DNA of 64,000 nucleotides from the human T2T-CHM13v2.0 reference genome, Homo sapiens. Under the pieces are notes generated by a model. That model was not told where the DNA came from. It made no database searches and worked only from the letters and a program-made list of their open reading frames with translations. Positions 1-22,454 of this stretch are shown here, piece after piece. The DNA lies in assembly GCF_009914755.1 (NCBI RefSeq), contig NC_060938.1, one strand, 5' to 3'. The translations under genes and the position numbers were made by a program. Position 1 is the first letter of the stretch, and every line of letters begins with the position of its first letter.

Positions 1-132
1 TGTTTGGAGACCGGTCGTCTTTATCCCCTATATGCTAGGCCTGCGTCTCAGGTGACCGTGACTCCTGAAGCTTTTCAGCGCAGGTGTAGCCGGCTTGGCG
101 TCGCCGCAGTGAGGTTTGGAGCCGCTTTGGAT

Positions 133-143
133 TGCTGAGTCAC
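133..143 (-). promoter_or_regulatory. Antioxidant response element (ARE / CNC-sMaf site) in PSMA3 intron 1
   Basis: TGCTGAGTCAC on + reads GTGACTCAGCA(AT) on -, a full RTGACnnnGCA consensus. It lies in the GC-rich 5' end of intron 1. NFE2L1/NFE2L2 regulation of proteasome genes through AREs is established. Confidence 0.7.
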
Positions 144-1079
144 TTTCTTCAGCCACTTAGGGAAACCGAAAGTGGAAACTCGTGGGGCTTGAAATAGTGT
201 GTTCTCTTGAGAACCACCGAGGCAGTGAGATTTGGGATTCCGGGGTCTGGAGATCGTGCTTTTTGTGGACTGCGTTTGCAGTTCCTAGGGTGCTGCTGAT
301 TCACAGGCCTTCTCTGTCTTTAAGTGTGCAGATCATTGACCGCTCAGTTTAAGAGTCACTGGAAATCCTGTCGGAACAGAACTAATAAAAATGGTCTGAA
401 AAACAATCTGATGAATCCTTCAGTTTTTCCTTTCTCGTTTTTCCTATACAAATTACCTAACAGCGCTTGTAGGCATTTATTCCGTAAACGTTTAAATGGT
501 TACTTAGGAACTTAACAGCTTCAGACTTTTCATAGACTGTTGAGGATTTTGCAGTGGGACTTGTTAACTTGTTTGGCTTTCCTTTGTTAAACGTATTGCA
601 TATGTGCAGTCAGTTTACTCCTTTTATGTACTTCTCTATATAGAAAATACAGTTTCTAAAAGATTTATTGGTTATTTGCACTAGAGTTATTGAATAATGA
701 GTTTCTCAGTTCCTCAATTTCTACTTCTTAACAAGATTCTCATGCTCAGCCTTAAGTTCAAGTACCGGTGTTCTAAATTTGATAATAGGCAACTTATGTC
801 TGGAATGGTTTAATCCATTCAGTTATGAATGCTAAAGTTCTGCCATACTTTTCTTGGATAAGTAAATGCTCAATATTAAATCTTGTAGCAAACTGACTTT
901 GCAATTATATTAATATTACCTTGAATTAATAGTATTTCATTCTACAAACCTTTTAAAGAATACTTGATAATGTAACCATGTGGGATATTTTAGTAACAAT
1001 GGTAGGGTTAATGATCTGGGTTTAACAGATCAGGAAACAGACTCAGAAAGTACCACTGCTGAAGGCTTTTCTTCTGTCT

Positions 1080-2330
<1,251 letters not shown>

Positions 2331-2505
2331 TTGTTAATGGCAGAGTTACCGTTACAAATTTAAATGTTCGAACTCCAGTGCTGGTTCTACTGCCCCATAT
2401 TAATCTTTTTCAAAAATGAGTTTTGTAGTCTGGGTGAAAAGTGTTCTGACTTCACCTGGGACCTGTATCCATTACTCTTCAATAGCTGAAATCGAAGGTA
2501 TATAG

Positions 2506-2760
<255 letters not shown>

Positions 2761-3169
2761 TAAGAAACATTTAACCAGGTATTACATGTCTCCTTTTATT
2801 TTATATATTTTTGGCGATTAGGCTTTGTTATGTTACTTTGGTACAAATTAGTATATGTCCCCAAATCTCAATTTATTCATTTCCAGATCTCTTTCTAGGC
2901 CAGATGCTTTCCATGAGCCCCAGTCCTATATTTCTCGTTGATTCCAGGATTATCCACTTAGATTTTCCATGTTGCAGAGTGTATAAATCACATTCATTAT
3001 CATCTTTTTGTTTTCCATTTTCAAATTCTTGATTTGTATCATAGGCTTCCTCAGCCATTAGGTTTGTGACCTTGTTATTTTTTATTTCTCATACATCTTG
3101 TGTTTTAAATGTCTTATGCAATTAGTCACATGTTCGATTCAGCAAAGATTTTTTCTATGTCTGTTTCTG

Positions 3170-6500
<3,331 letters not shown>

Positions 6501-7032
6501 TAAGAGGTTATTTTAAGATCTTTTTATTTTAAACAGTTGTAGCAGAACATATATTTTATTTTTATATACGTATTAGAAGCAATATGTTTATTATGGAAAA
6601 ATTGGAAGAAAGAGATGAGCAAAAGGAAGAATAAATCATAATCCTTCTACCCAGAGCAGTCACTGTTAACTTTTTAGTTTGTATCTAACCTTTTATGTCT
6701 GTTATGTACCATTTTTAATGGACATGAATTTATGTCAACATTTGTTTATAACATGATTATCATAAGCCAGACACTGAGCCATATTGTGTTTCGTTAGCAT
6801 CATTTTTATACTTACATATTAATATATTTTTAGTCAAATGATGTACTAGATTCTGGAGGGAGGGTCACATGATATTTATATGGATTTAATGTATTTATTA
6901 CACTTTAGTGTGTTTTCTCTTCCTGGTTTTCAAATGTTTTAAGGTATTTGGCATGCCTTAAATGTTACTTATTTTGTTTTTTTGTTAAACTTAAGTTTAT
7001 GAAGTTTCTTTTATTTTCAGTTAAAAAACTGA

Positions 7033-7326
<294 letters not shown>

Positions 7327-7863
7327 TAACCTTATTAGTGATGGGGGAAAAACCAAGTTGCTGAAAGAAGAGCAGGTGAGGGAGAGGGCTGGGGAGTATG
7401 CGTAGAAATGAGATCTTGGCAGCACACATTACTAATGAAGGTATATGCTTGAGAGGTGAAGAATCTTTAGCTTTCTGTATCTCTTGTGGGGATCACTGTC
7501 AAAGTAAAGATGCCATCAGATAGCGAACACCTTTATATAAGGTGGAACATCAGGAAAGGATGTTTAATGAAAAGGAAAAGTGAACACATCCATAATAGTT
7601 TCATAGGGCATCACTGAAATTAAGTTATTCATGCAGCTGGTATCTAAGTTATGAGTGACTAAATTGCAAGCCAAGCCATAGATACATGACTGGTATATAC
7701 TAAAGTTACCCTACATAGATGGCAGACTTGGCTTAGTGAGAACCACTACTGAAAGAAAAAAAAAAAAAAAGAATCAAATGATTCTAACCCTGCCACCTGA
7801 AAAGGAAAGGAAGAAAGGAGAATATCTCTATATTAGGTTTTATGCTGGGAGCTCTTTACATAA

Positions 7864-8223
<360 letters not shown>

Positions 8224-8427
8224 TAATGCCATTTTCACAGGTGAAAAAACAGATGCACAGCAAGTAAAGAAAAGCTGGGATTCAAACTTGGGTCTGCATG
8301 TTACTCAAGAGCCCTTTCTAAATGAAAAGACACCTTATATGACCCACATCGTTCAGCTGATAGCTTTCTTATATCTAAATGAGATTTAATGTTACACACA
8401 AACACAAAAAGTACTGGTAAAGTATAA

Positions 8428-9130
<703 letters not shown>

Positions 9131-9265
9131 CTGAACAGATTTATTATTGCCAGTGAAACTGATATGTTTTGATGAAACTTGCTAGATTGTAACCTAGCTA
9201 GTAGGAGGTGATCTTGTATTCTTTTATGTACTAGCAAAAGTTAATATTTTGAAAAAAATTATGCA

Positions 9266-9268
<3 letters not shown>

Positions 9269-9316
<48 letters not shown>
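9269..9316. repeat. (AT)n microsatellite at an Alu tail
   Basis: About 24 AT units, followed by gtat and ca repeats. Confidence 0.95.
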
Positions 9317-9328
<12 letters not shown>

Positions 9329-10011
9329 GTACACACACACAGAGGTCTTGCTCTGTTGCCCAGGCTTGAGTGCAGTGGCATGATCATAGCTCACTGCAGC
9401 CTTGCGCTCCTGGGCTCAAGTGATTCTTCTGCCTCAGCCTCCCAAATAGCTGTGACTACAAGTGTGCCATCACACCTGGCTAATTTTTTAGTTTTTTTAA
9501 GAGATATGATCTTGCTGTGTTGCTCAGGCTGGTCTTGAACTCCTGGGCTCAAGCGATCCTCCCGCCTCAGCTTCTTGAGTTGCTGAGATTACAGGCATGA
9601 GCCAATGTGCCCTGTCAACATTAGACATTGAAGAGGGCTGGAGAAAATTAAGACTTAATATCCTCCCTCCTTCCACAGTTGTCATCTTCAAGTGATTTGA
9701 GAATTATATGACTTTACAGTAAGCTTTCTCTAAAGCAACAGAAGATTCTTTAAGTGATGTAACTTACTGGCATGGGTTACCTTGGGGAAGCTATTCTAAA
9801 CACGCGTTTCCTTGTCTGCAAAACAAGAGTGATAATAGTACTTGGCACATACAGTTGTTGTGAGGTTAAAAATTATTATGCAAAATGCTTAACATGTAAT
9901 GAGTGCTCAGTATCTCTTAGTAATTATCATTATTACTATTACTGGGTAGCGTAGGAAAAAAAGGCTATTAAAGATTGTGATACCACTTTTAAATTCTGTA
10001 ACTGTCCTGGG

Positions 10012-10826
<815 letters not shown>

Positions 10827-11250
10827 CAATTCTGTTTTTGTTTTTGTTTTTGTTTTGAGACAAAGTCTCATTCTGTTGCTCAGGCTGGAGTGTAGTGGCG
10901 TGATCTCGGCTCACTGCAGCCTCCGCCTCCCGAGTTCAAGTGATTCTTGTGGCTCAGCCTTGGGAGTAGGTAGGATTATAGGTGCCCGCCACCAAACCTG
11001 ACTAATTTTTGTATTTTTAGTAGGGGTTTCACCATGTTGTCCAGGCTGGTTTCAAACTCCTGACCTCAGGTGATCCCCCTGCCTCGGCCTCCCAAAGTGC
11101 TGGGATCACAGGCATGAGCCACCGTGCCCGGCCTAGTAACTGCAGTTCTAAGCCGCAAATCTTGAAAGAGGAATGGTTTATCATTGTAGTTTATTCAGCC
11201 AATAGGCTGAAAAAAGATTTGCGATTGTGCCTTTTAGAACAAAACAGTTA

Positions 11251-11787
11251 CAGGTTGAGTATCTCTCGTCTAAAATGCTTGGGACCAGCAGTATATCGGA
11301 TATTTTTCGATTTTGGAATATCTGCATTATATACTCATCAGCTGAGCATCCTTAATCTGAAAATTCAAAATCCAAAAAGCTCTACTGAGCATTTCCTTTT
11401 TTTTTTTTTTTTGAGATGGAGTCTCGCTCTGTTGCCCAGGATGGAGTGCAGTGGCGCGATCTCGGCTCACTGCAACTTCCGCCTCCCAGGTTCAAGCAAT
11501 TCTCTGCCTCGGCCTCCCAAGTAACTGGGATTACAGGTGCCTGCAACCACGCCTGGCTAATTTTTGTATTTTTAGTAGAGACGGCATTTCACCATCTTGG
11601 CCAGGCTGGTCTTGAACTCGTGACCTTGTGATCCACCTGCCTCGGCCTCCCAAAGTGCTGGGATTACAGGTGTGAGCCACCAGGTCCGGCCTGAGCATTT
11701 CCTTTGAGTGTCATGTTGGCACTCAAAAAGTTTCAGATTCTGAAGCGTTTTAAATTTCAGATTTTTGGATTAGATATCCTCAACCTG
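11251..11787. mobile_element. Tigger4/Zombi-type non-autonomous DNA transposon with an inserted Alu (about 11397-11691)
   Basis: TIRs CAGGTTGAG...CTCAACCTG flanked by TA. Alu TSD tgagcatttccttt. Confidence 0.85.
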
Positions 11788-12256
11788 TAATAACTTTAGA
11801 GAAAAGATCAAATTTGGGCCGGGCACGGCGGCTCACACCCATAATCCCAACATTTTGGGAGGCTGAGGCAGGCTGATCACCTGAGGTCAGGAGTTCAAGA
11901 CCAGCCTGGCCAACATGACAAAACCAAACCCTGTCTCTACTAAAAATATAAAAATTAGCCAATCCCAGCTTCTGGGGAGGCTGAGGCAGGAGAATCCCTT
12001 GAACCTGAGAGGCAAAGGTTGAAGTGAGCCCAGATGGTGCCATTGTGCTCCAGCCTAGGTGACACAGTGAGACTCTGTCTCAAAAAAAAAAAAAAAAAAA
12101 TCTGACCAAGACCCATGGTTTTTATTCGTTATAATGAGGTAGTGGTAGTAAATCAGGGGAAGAGGATTTATGATAGAAGTAGTCCTGAATATTGGCCGGG
12201 CACGGTGGCTCACGCCTGTAATCCCAGCACTTTAGGAGGCTGAGGCAGGCAGATCA

Positions 12257-12544
<288 letters not shown>

Positions 12545-12674
12545 CTAAATTATAATTTCATACTCAAGCATCAAAATGCCTTGTAGAGAGACCTTTAAGC
12601 CAAAAAAGTTTATTTTGAATGGTAATACTTGTTAAAAAAATGTTTAATAAGTCTTTATTAATTGCAGACTTTGA

Positions 12675-12830
<156 letters not shown>

Positions 12831-12902
12831 TGATAACATATTGAGGAACCTTTTGGACAGTAATAGAAGTTTATTAATAAGCTCTTCTGCTTCCCTCCAT
12901 AG

Positions 12903-12976
12903 CATCTTGCAGACAGAGTGGCCATGTATGTGCATGCATATACACTCTACAGTGCTGTTAGACCTTTTGGCTGCAG
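12903..12976 (+). CDS. PSMA3: PSMA3 exon 5 (HLADRVAMYVHAYTLYSAVRPFGC)
   Basis: catag|CATCTT...TGCAG|gtaag, 74 nt. Contains the RPFG motif and follows a 78-nt intron. Confidence 0.98.
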
Positions 12977-13409
12977 GTAAGAAATTTTGTGAATTATTCA
13001 AAAGGCAGATCTGTACTATAGATATTTATTATGTTCCCCAGCATCTTAGCCTTTTACATACTTAAAAATAGAAACTCTTGTCGATAAGTATTAGGGCAAT
13101 GATTAAATAAAACAGTGTACATAGAAACTACTTGAGGCTGGGTGCCATGGCTCAAGCCTGTAATCCCAGTACTTTGGGAGGTTGAGGTGGGAGGATCCCT
13201 CGCGCCCAGGAGTATGAGACCAGCCTGGCCAACGCAGTGAGAACCTATCTCTACAAAAAAAATTTAAAATTTAGCCAGGTGCAGTATCACATGCCTGTAG
13301 TCACAGCTACTTAGGAGCTGCTTGAGAGGATCATTTGAGCCCAGGAGTTGAAGGCTGGAATGAGCTGTGGCCATACCACTGTACTCTAGCTGGCGCAATA
13401 GAGACTCTG

Positions 13410-13441
<32 letters not shown>

Positions 13442-14284
13442 GGTTTCAATAGTGAAAAGGACTATATAGATCTGAAGTGATTATAAAACAAGGAACTGAT
13501 AACAATGACTTTAATCTGATTATAATAAGCTCTCGGTGTTAGTCCCTGATATTCTTAGGTAATTTTAAAAATTACGTCTCACAATTCCCATTAGGCACGG
13601 TTTCTCTTTCTGTTGAAGTGCTGATATTTTATTGTGGGGTAAAGTGGAGATTCAGCTGCATAAAGACCTGGAATAGGTATAAATATTCAAATTTGGCTTC
13701 ACAGAGAAGACTTGTGACTAGATTTTTCTAAAATGAAAAGACATGTTTGGCTTATGACTTAAAACAGTCAAACATGTTTGGTCAAAATAATACATATACT
13801 AACATCTGAGTGCTCAGCTGTAGTCCTACCTTTGAGTTGTTTATCATCAGTCATATTTAATTACTAAGATATTAAAGAAAACTTGAGTTTTATTCTATTG
13901 GTAATATTACATTAGGGTTTTATGTTTTTACTTTTTGAGACAGTTACTGTCACCTGAGCTGGAGTGCAGTGGTGCCATCATGGCTGACTGCAGCTTTGAC
14001 CTGGCTCAAGCGATGCTCCTACCTCAGCCTCCCAAGTAGCTGGGACCACAGGCATGGGCCACCATGCCTGGCTAATTAACAAAATTTTTTTTTGTAGAGA
14101 CGGGGTCTCACCATGCTGCCCAGGCTGACATTAGTCATTCTTAAGCTTCTCAGTTAAATTACATTATGAAACACTTTGTTTTCAGACCATGTAAAATACC
14201 TTTCAACTGAGCTCTGAGTTCATCAGTTAACTTCTCTACTCTTTTTAAGGGAGTAAGAATAGTAGAGATAACTTTTTTTCATAA

Positions 14285-14423
<139 letters not shown>

Positions 14424-15095
14424 TAGCAGGGATTACAAGCACCTGCCACCACGCCCGGCTAATTTTTTTATTTTTAGTACAGTCAGGGTTTCGCCATGTT
14501 GGCCAGGCTGGTCTCAAACTCCTGACCTCAAGTGATCCACCTCAGCCTCCCAAAGTGCTGGGATTACAGGCGTGAGCCACCGCACTGGGCCAGAGAGAAC
14601 TTTTTTAGTAAACATCTATTGGGCACTGAGTTAGTCATAAATGTGGAGACACAGGTGTGAAGTCACATTGATAAAATATTAGTGATATGATAAAGGGACA
14701 ACAATTAGGGAACGGACTCTTTCTGGACAGGAGGCAAGGAAGAGTGTGAGATGTAGGGAGACTTGGTAGTTGCAAGCACAGGAACTGGTATGAAAATACG
14801 TGCGCCAGAGAGAGTTAAGTATGCTTGGTGTGTAGAGTATGAGGTTTAGAGATGATACTGATGTAGGAAGGGGTCCAGTCATATAAAAGTCTGTGCTCCA
14901 TGCTGATTTTCTTCAAAGAAATGTTGAAAGGCTTTAAAATAGTGACAATGAGCTATATATCCTGAAGGATAAGTCTCATATCGGTAGAAAATGGAAGGAA
15001 ATGACGGTAGGGATGGGAATTGAATAGTTAAAATATTCCGCATATAAGATGATGTGTAAGATGCTGCTGATTTCTTTTCTACTCTAAGGCAAATA

Positions 15096-15408
15096 TAGTT
15101 GTCCCTTGGTATTTGTGGGGGATTGGTTTTAGGACCTCCCATGAATACCAAAATCCAAGGTTGCTGAAGTCCCTGATATAAAATGGTTAAGTATTTGCAT
15201 ATAACCTGTGCATATCCTCCTGTATGTTGTCATCTCTAGATTACTTGCAATACCTAACACAGTGTAAATAGCTGTTACACTGTATTGTTTAGGGAATAAT
15301 GACAAGAAAATCACAGTTGTTCAGTACAGAAGCAATGTTTTTTGAAAGTTTTCTATCTGTGGTTTGTTGAATCCACAGATGCAGAACTCATGGAAACAGT
15401 GCCCACTG
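15096..15408. mobile_element. MER2 (TcMar-Tigger) element
   Basis: tagttgtcccttggtatttgtgggggattggtt...gttgaatccacagatgcagaa...actg, flanked by TA. Confidence 0.8.
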
Positions 15409-15928
15409 TATGTCACAATTTCAGAAAATCAGTATTTCATACAATCAGCTAATAGCCTAATTTGTTGAGCACAGAAAAATACACTGAACCAATTCTGATT
15501 ATTGCAGAGAAATGATTGGCAGGATATTGGGAAATAGAATGAAGGGTGGAAAGAATTTCACATGGATTCAGTATACTCTCCGTCAGGAATTTTGTTCCCT
15601 TGATCTTTTTGTGTTTATGCCTTATTTATTGGGCCCTCTCATAGTTGTGGTTTTCATCTATCGTTACTCCTTTCCCTGTACTGCTAGACTTTCCAGGAGA
15701 CCTTCATCAGAAAGATTAATACTAAACAAACAAAAGCTACATGAATTTTGAATAATCTCATGTAATAGTTTTAATTAATTGAAACCACTGTTTCAAAGTA
15801 CTTACTGAGTTATATGTGTATTAGTAATTTATCTCAGAAAGAAAATATAACTGCATTTTAAAATAATTTTTTCACAAATACTTTTATGTTATTGCCATGG
15901 TTTAAGCTGTTTGTATACTTTCATGCAG

Positions 15929-16001
15929 TTTCATGTTAGGGTCTTACAGTGTGAATGACGGTGCGCAACTCTACATGATTGACCCATCAGGTGTTTCATA
16001 C
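15929..16001 (+). CDS. PSMA3: PSMA3 exon 6 ([25 protein letters not shown])
   Basis: tgcag|TTTCAT...TCATAC|gtgagt, 73 nt, with the LY..DPSG motif. Confidence 0.98.
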
Positions 16002-16075
16002 GTGAGTAATTTTGAATCATTTGAAATTCTATTTTAGTTTAATGGTATTTCATTAGCATTTAAGTCTCATTATAA

Positions 16076-18265
<2,190 letters not shown>

Positions 18266-18685
18266 GTGCATCCTTATCTTTAAAAAAATTTACAAAATAA
18301 TAAAATTGGGGGTTTAGAGTACTGAACTCATAGGAATTAACTTTATTTCTGTCTCTCAGGAATATATAATTTCATTTTTCATTGTCATAGTGCTAAAATC
18401 TTTTCCGTTCCTGTTCCCCAAAATGTCTTAAAGTGTATATGATTACATAATTTACATATTTTTGGATATACCTTTATTAAAAATACAGGTTGTTTTGGAA
18501 TTGTTTGGTATTTTAGTATTTTTGAGCCCTTTGGCATTCATCAGAATGTGTTTGACTATATTTTTCTATACTTGCTTTTAAAAGTCATTTAGCATCCTTT
18601 CACTAGGTTATAGAAACATTAGTAGTCATTAATTACATATGATAGTGTACTAATTCAGTGATTATATATATTTTTTTCTAAATAG

Positions 18686-18751
18686 GGTTATTGGGGCTGT
18701 GCCATCGGCAAAGCCAGGCAAGCTGCAAAGACGGAAATAGAGAAGCTTCAG
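18686..18751 (+). CDS. PSMA3: PSMA3 exon 7 (GYWGCAIGKARQAAKTEIEKLQ)
   Basis: aatag|GGTTAT...CTTCAG|gtaat, 66 nt. Confidence 0.98.
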
Positions 18752-18833
18752 GTAATAATTAATGCTTGAATTTTTACTATGTCGTCATCCTAATGCAGTG
18801 AAATTTTATCACCACAGACATTTCAGTCTAAGG

Positions 18834-18987
18834 CAGGGATGTCCAATCATTTGGCTTCCCTGGGCCACACATAAAATACACCAACACTGATGATAGCTGA
18901 TGAGCTTAAAAAAAAATCTCATCATGTGTTAAGAAAGTTTACGAATTTGTGTTTGGCCCCATGTGGCCTGTGGCTGGGGAAGCTCGG
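18834..18987 (+). mobile_element. MER30 (hAT-Charlie) element
   Basis: tgtccaatc.tttggcttccctgggccacacataaaatacac...gatagctgatgagct...aagaaagtttacgaatttgtgtt. Confidence 0.85.
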
Positions 18988-20410
18988 TGTAAGGATATAG
19001 TGTGGTTTGATGTTGAGAGTTTATGAAGCTGCTAAGTCACTGAATGGGAAAGCTGGTAACATATTATCTGTAGAGTTGTGTTATACATCCCTTTATAGAT
19101 TCTGAATAACTGCTATAAAGCCTCAATCTAGAAAAACACAACTTTTGATATGATTTCACAAAATCCTTGAAACCTATTTATGAATCTCTGTGAGCTCTAG
19201 TTTGAAAATTTTGTTTAAAATTTTGAGTTAATAAAAAGTTATATTTTTCCTATATTCTTTCTTTGGAACACAGCTTTTATGTCTGGCTGTGCTCCACCGG
19301 TTCTCTTAGCTTTGCTCCTAGCCAGGTAAGGCATAAAGCCTACACTCTTACGACTACCCACTTTTTCTTTCACAAAATTCAGCTATTAGTGTGAAAAAGT
19401 TTTCTTAAAAACTTGGTTTTCCTTTTAGCCATGCGTTGATCAACTTAAAGACTTCATGGATACTGTTTCAATATTATTGATTACCTGTCAGAAACTTGCC
19501 TAAAAAGCAGGCATACCATTTATCAGTGTTTTGGTAAACTGAAGTGAGATACAATTTCACATACATTTAATGTTAATGCTGTACTAGAACCCTGCTCAAC
19601 TAATTACTCATTCAACTTATTTAAGACCAGCTTCTAGAAAATACTTATTAGTGCTTGGCATTTATACAATGCTAAGTTCTAGAACCCCCTATAAAACCTA
19701 ATTTGTTTCGTATTTTAGTAAAGCTGACAAAAGGATCTTAGAGGTCATTTAGCCCAAGCTCAACTGCAGATTAAACACACTGCATAGGACCACAGAATCA
19801 GCTGGTTCTGAACAGTATCCAGACCTTATGAGTCTTAGACCTATGTTCTTTTCCATTGCACACTTACTAGTATGATGCTAGGTTCCTATCTTCTACTCTT
19901 TTCCTTTTGTTTTCATCTCTCCATACTATTATATGGAAATTTGAAAATTAGAATATTTATGTCAGTTGAGGGGGATTACCCCTGTAATCCTACCAGTTTG
20001 GTAGGCCAAGTTGGGAGGACTGCTTGAGCCCAGTAGTTCCAAGACCAGGCTGGGCAAAAGAGTAAGACCCTATCTCCCAAAACAAAATGTTAGCGAGGTG
20101 AGGTGGTGCGTGCCTGTAGTCCCAGCTACTTGGGAGGCTGAGGCAGGAGGACTGTTTGAGCCCCAGCCAGGAGTTGGGGGCTACAGTGAGCTATGATCAC
20201 GCCACTGCACTCCAGCCAGGGCAACAGAGCGACACCTTATCTCAAAAAAATAAAGGAAATTAGAATATTTAGAGCAGTTACTATCTGTCTTTCTGTAGTT
20301 AAATCCTAGCAAGGAATGGGAAAAACAATAAATCCCAGAGAAAAATCAAGAAAAAAAAATCACTTTAATTGAGGAACACTTTCAGTTTGTGACAAAATTA
20401 TGCTGTGAAT

Positions 20411-20611
20411 CAGGTGTTGCAAATTATGGCCCACTGCCTGCTTTTGTGTAAGTTTTATTGGAACACAGCTACATTCAGTCCATGGCTGCTTTTAGAATAC
20501 AACAGTAGACTTTAACATTTGGAACAGGGAACAGAAACCAGAGCCATACAGCTAATAAACTTGAAAATATTTACAAGTTGATGCTTTACAAAATCCATCT
20601 GCTGACCCCTG
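20411..20611 (+). mobile_element. MER58A-like hAT element
   Basis: caggtgttgcaaattatggccc...agttttattggaacacagc...atggctgcttt...aaaatatttac...tgctgacccctg. Confidence 0.75.
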
Positions 20612-21982
20612 CTCTGTACCATTGTTCTCTTCTGATGGTCTGTTTACTAAAAAATAAAAACTTCACAAACATGTAAAAAATAGATTTGCCATTTAAAATG
20701 TGCTTTTCAAGTTTGACTTTTTAGGATGCAATTAATTCACTAAATACAGAACTTAACTAAGGACAAAAATTTAAAGATCAGCATTCTTTCCCTTCCCATC
20801 ACGCTCAACTTAACATGAAGAACTGTAAACATCCTAAGCTTACAACAAACCTATCTAGTTAGACTTCAGTTAACCACTTACACATCCCCCTCCCCCATGA
20901 ACTATTTGGAAAAAGCTGCAGGCGTAATATTGGATCCCTAAATACTTTATTCTCCTTATACCATTATCAGACCCAAGTATCATCTAATAGTCCATAATCA
21001 AACTGCCTAAACAGTTTCTACACTGTCTTTTTAACTATTTCAAACTATCAAGGTTCGCATTTTCTTCCTTAGAACTTTTAGTCTTTTTCTTCCCCAAAAT
21101 ATTTGAGTCCATGCCAGTTGCCTTTAGTTGTACCCAAATAATGGTTTGTCTATTTCCTAAAAGTAGTACTCTTAAATTTAAATTTAGTGTTATTTTTGTT
21201 GTCATTGTTCCTTCTTCCTCATGTGGTTGTGCAGGCAGAGCTTGAGCATCCAGATTTCAAAATTAAAAAATAAAAGATAATCTAGTTTAATATATAGTAG
21301 TTGAATCACCTTAAGTCTAGACTGCTGTATGAGCACCCATTATCTTTCACTATATTCCATCATCCCCCAACATATCCACAGTAGATGAAGGGCAGTTTGC
21401 TCAAACATTGTTTTGATCCTGTCATGTCTGTTCAGAAATGCCTGTCTATTCAGAAACCCACGTCTAATAACAAAATCTTGGACTGGTTACTATCAAAACC
21501 CAACAACATACAGACTCCTCAGCTAGGCCCTAGGGATATTTTTCTACCTTGATTTCCAAATGTTCATTGAAAGAATGCTTAATTCTAATTTGGAAAAAAG
21601 TTTTTGGCGTCCCACTTCTGCTTTACACGTTCATCTTTCTTGAAATCAAATCCAATCCAATCTATATTCTAAGAACCTGCTCAAATCTTGGTTCTTCAAA
21701 GCTTTCCCTGGTATTTTGCATTTTTGCTTTGAATAGTTCCACGAAGGATAACTTCTTACTCCTTCCTTCATCTTTCTGTATCTTGCATATAGTAAATATT
21801 AATGACTTGTTTGCATTTTGTTATCCTAACTTGGCTATAAAGAAAATCAGATGTCTTCACCAGTCGTTCAAACTTCAGGTCTGCCTACAGATTCATAGAT
21901 GGCTGTGGATTTTTATAATTTTGTCACAAAGTTAGTGGTAACTACAGGTTATCTCAGAATATCTTTTTTGGCGTATAAATTT

Positions 21983-22286
21983 TTTTCTTTTCCTTTTTTA
22001 GACAGTCTCTCTCTCTGTCGCCCAGGCTAGAGTGCAGTGGCGTGATCCCGGCTCACTACAACCTCTGCCTCCTGGGTTCAAGAGATTCTTAGGCCTCAGC
22101 CTCCCGAGTAGCTAGGGTTACAGGCGCGCACCACCTCCATGCCCAGCTCTTTTGTATTTTTAAGTAGAGACAGGGTTTCACCATGTTGGTCAGGCTGGTC
22201 TCGAACTTCTGACTTCAGGCAATCCGGCCGCCTCGGCCTCCCAAAGTGCTGGGATTACAGGCACAAGCCACTGCACCCAGCCTGGA
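21983..22286 (-). mobile_element. Alu inserted into the inferred PSMA3-AS1 terminal exon
   Basis: Full Alu with TSD gtataaattt at 21973-21982 and 22287-22296. Confidence 0.9.
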
Positions 22287-22454
22287 GTATAAATTTCAAA
22301 ACATTAAAATATGAATCAGGAAACTTCGATTCTGGTCTTTTTCAGACTTTAGGTTATTTTCCTTGGTTTTATATCTGAGTATAAAAGTGAAAATAGTTAT
22401 TACACAAGTGGAAAATGTTCTTCTGATGAACAGTATACATTTTATTTTCTATAG

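Noticed and set aside
21549-21935. 128-aa + strand ORF in PSMA3 intron 7 as a gene in its own right
   Set aside because: It has a TTG start, no recognisable protein, and no splice context. It is better explained as the in-register antisense shadow of the minus-strand frame.
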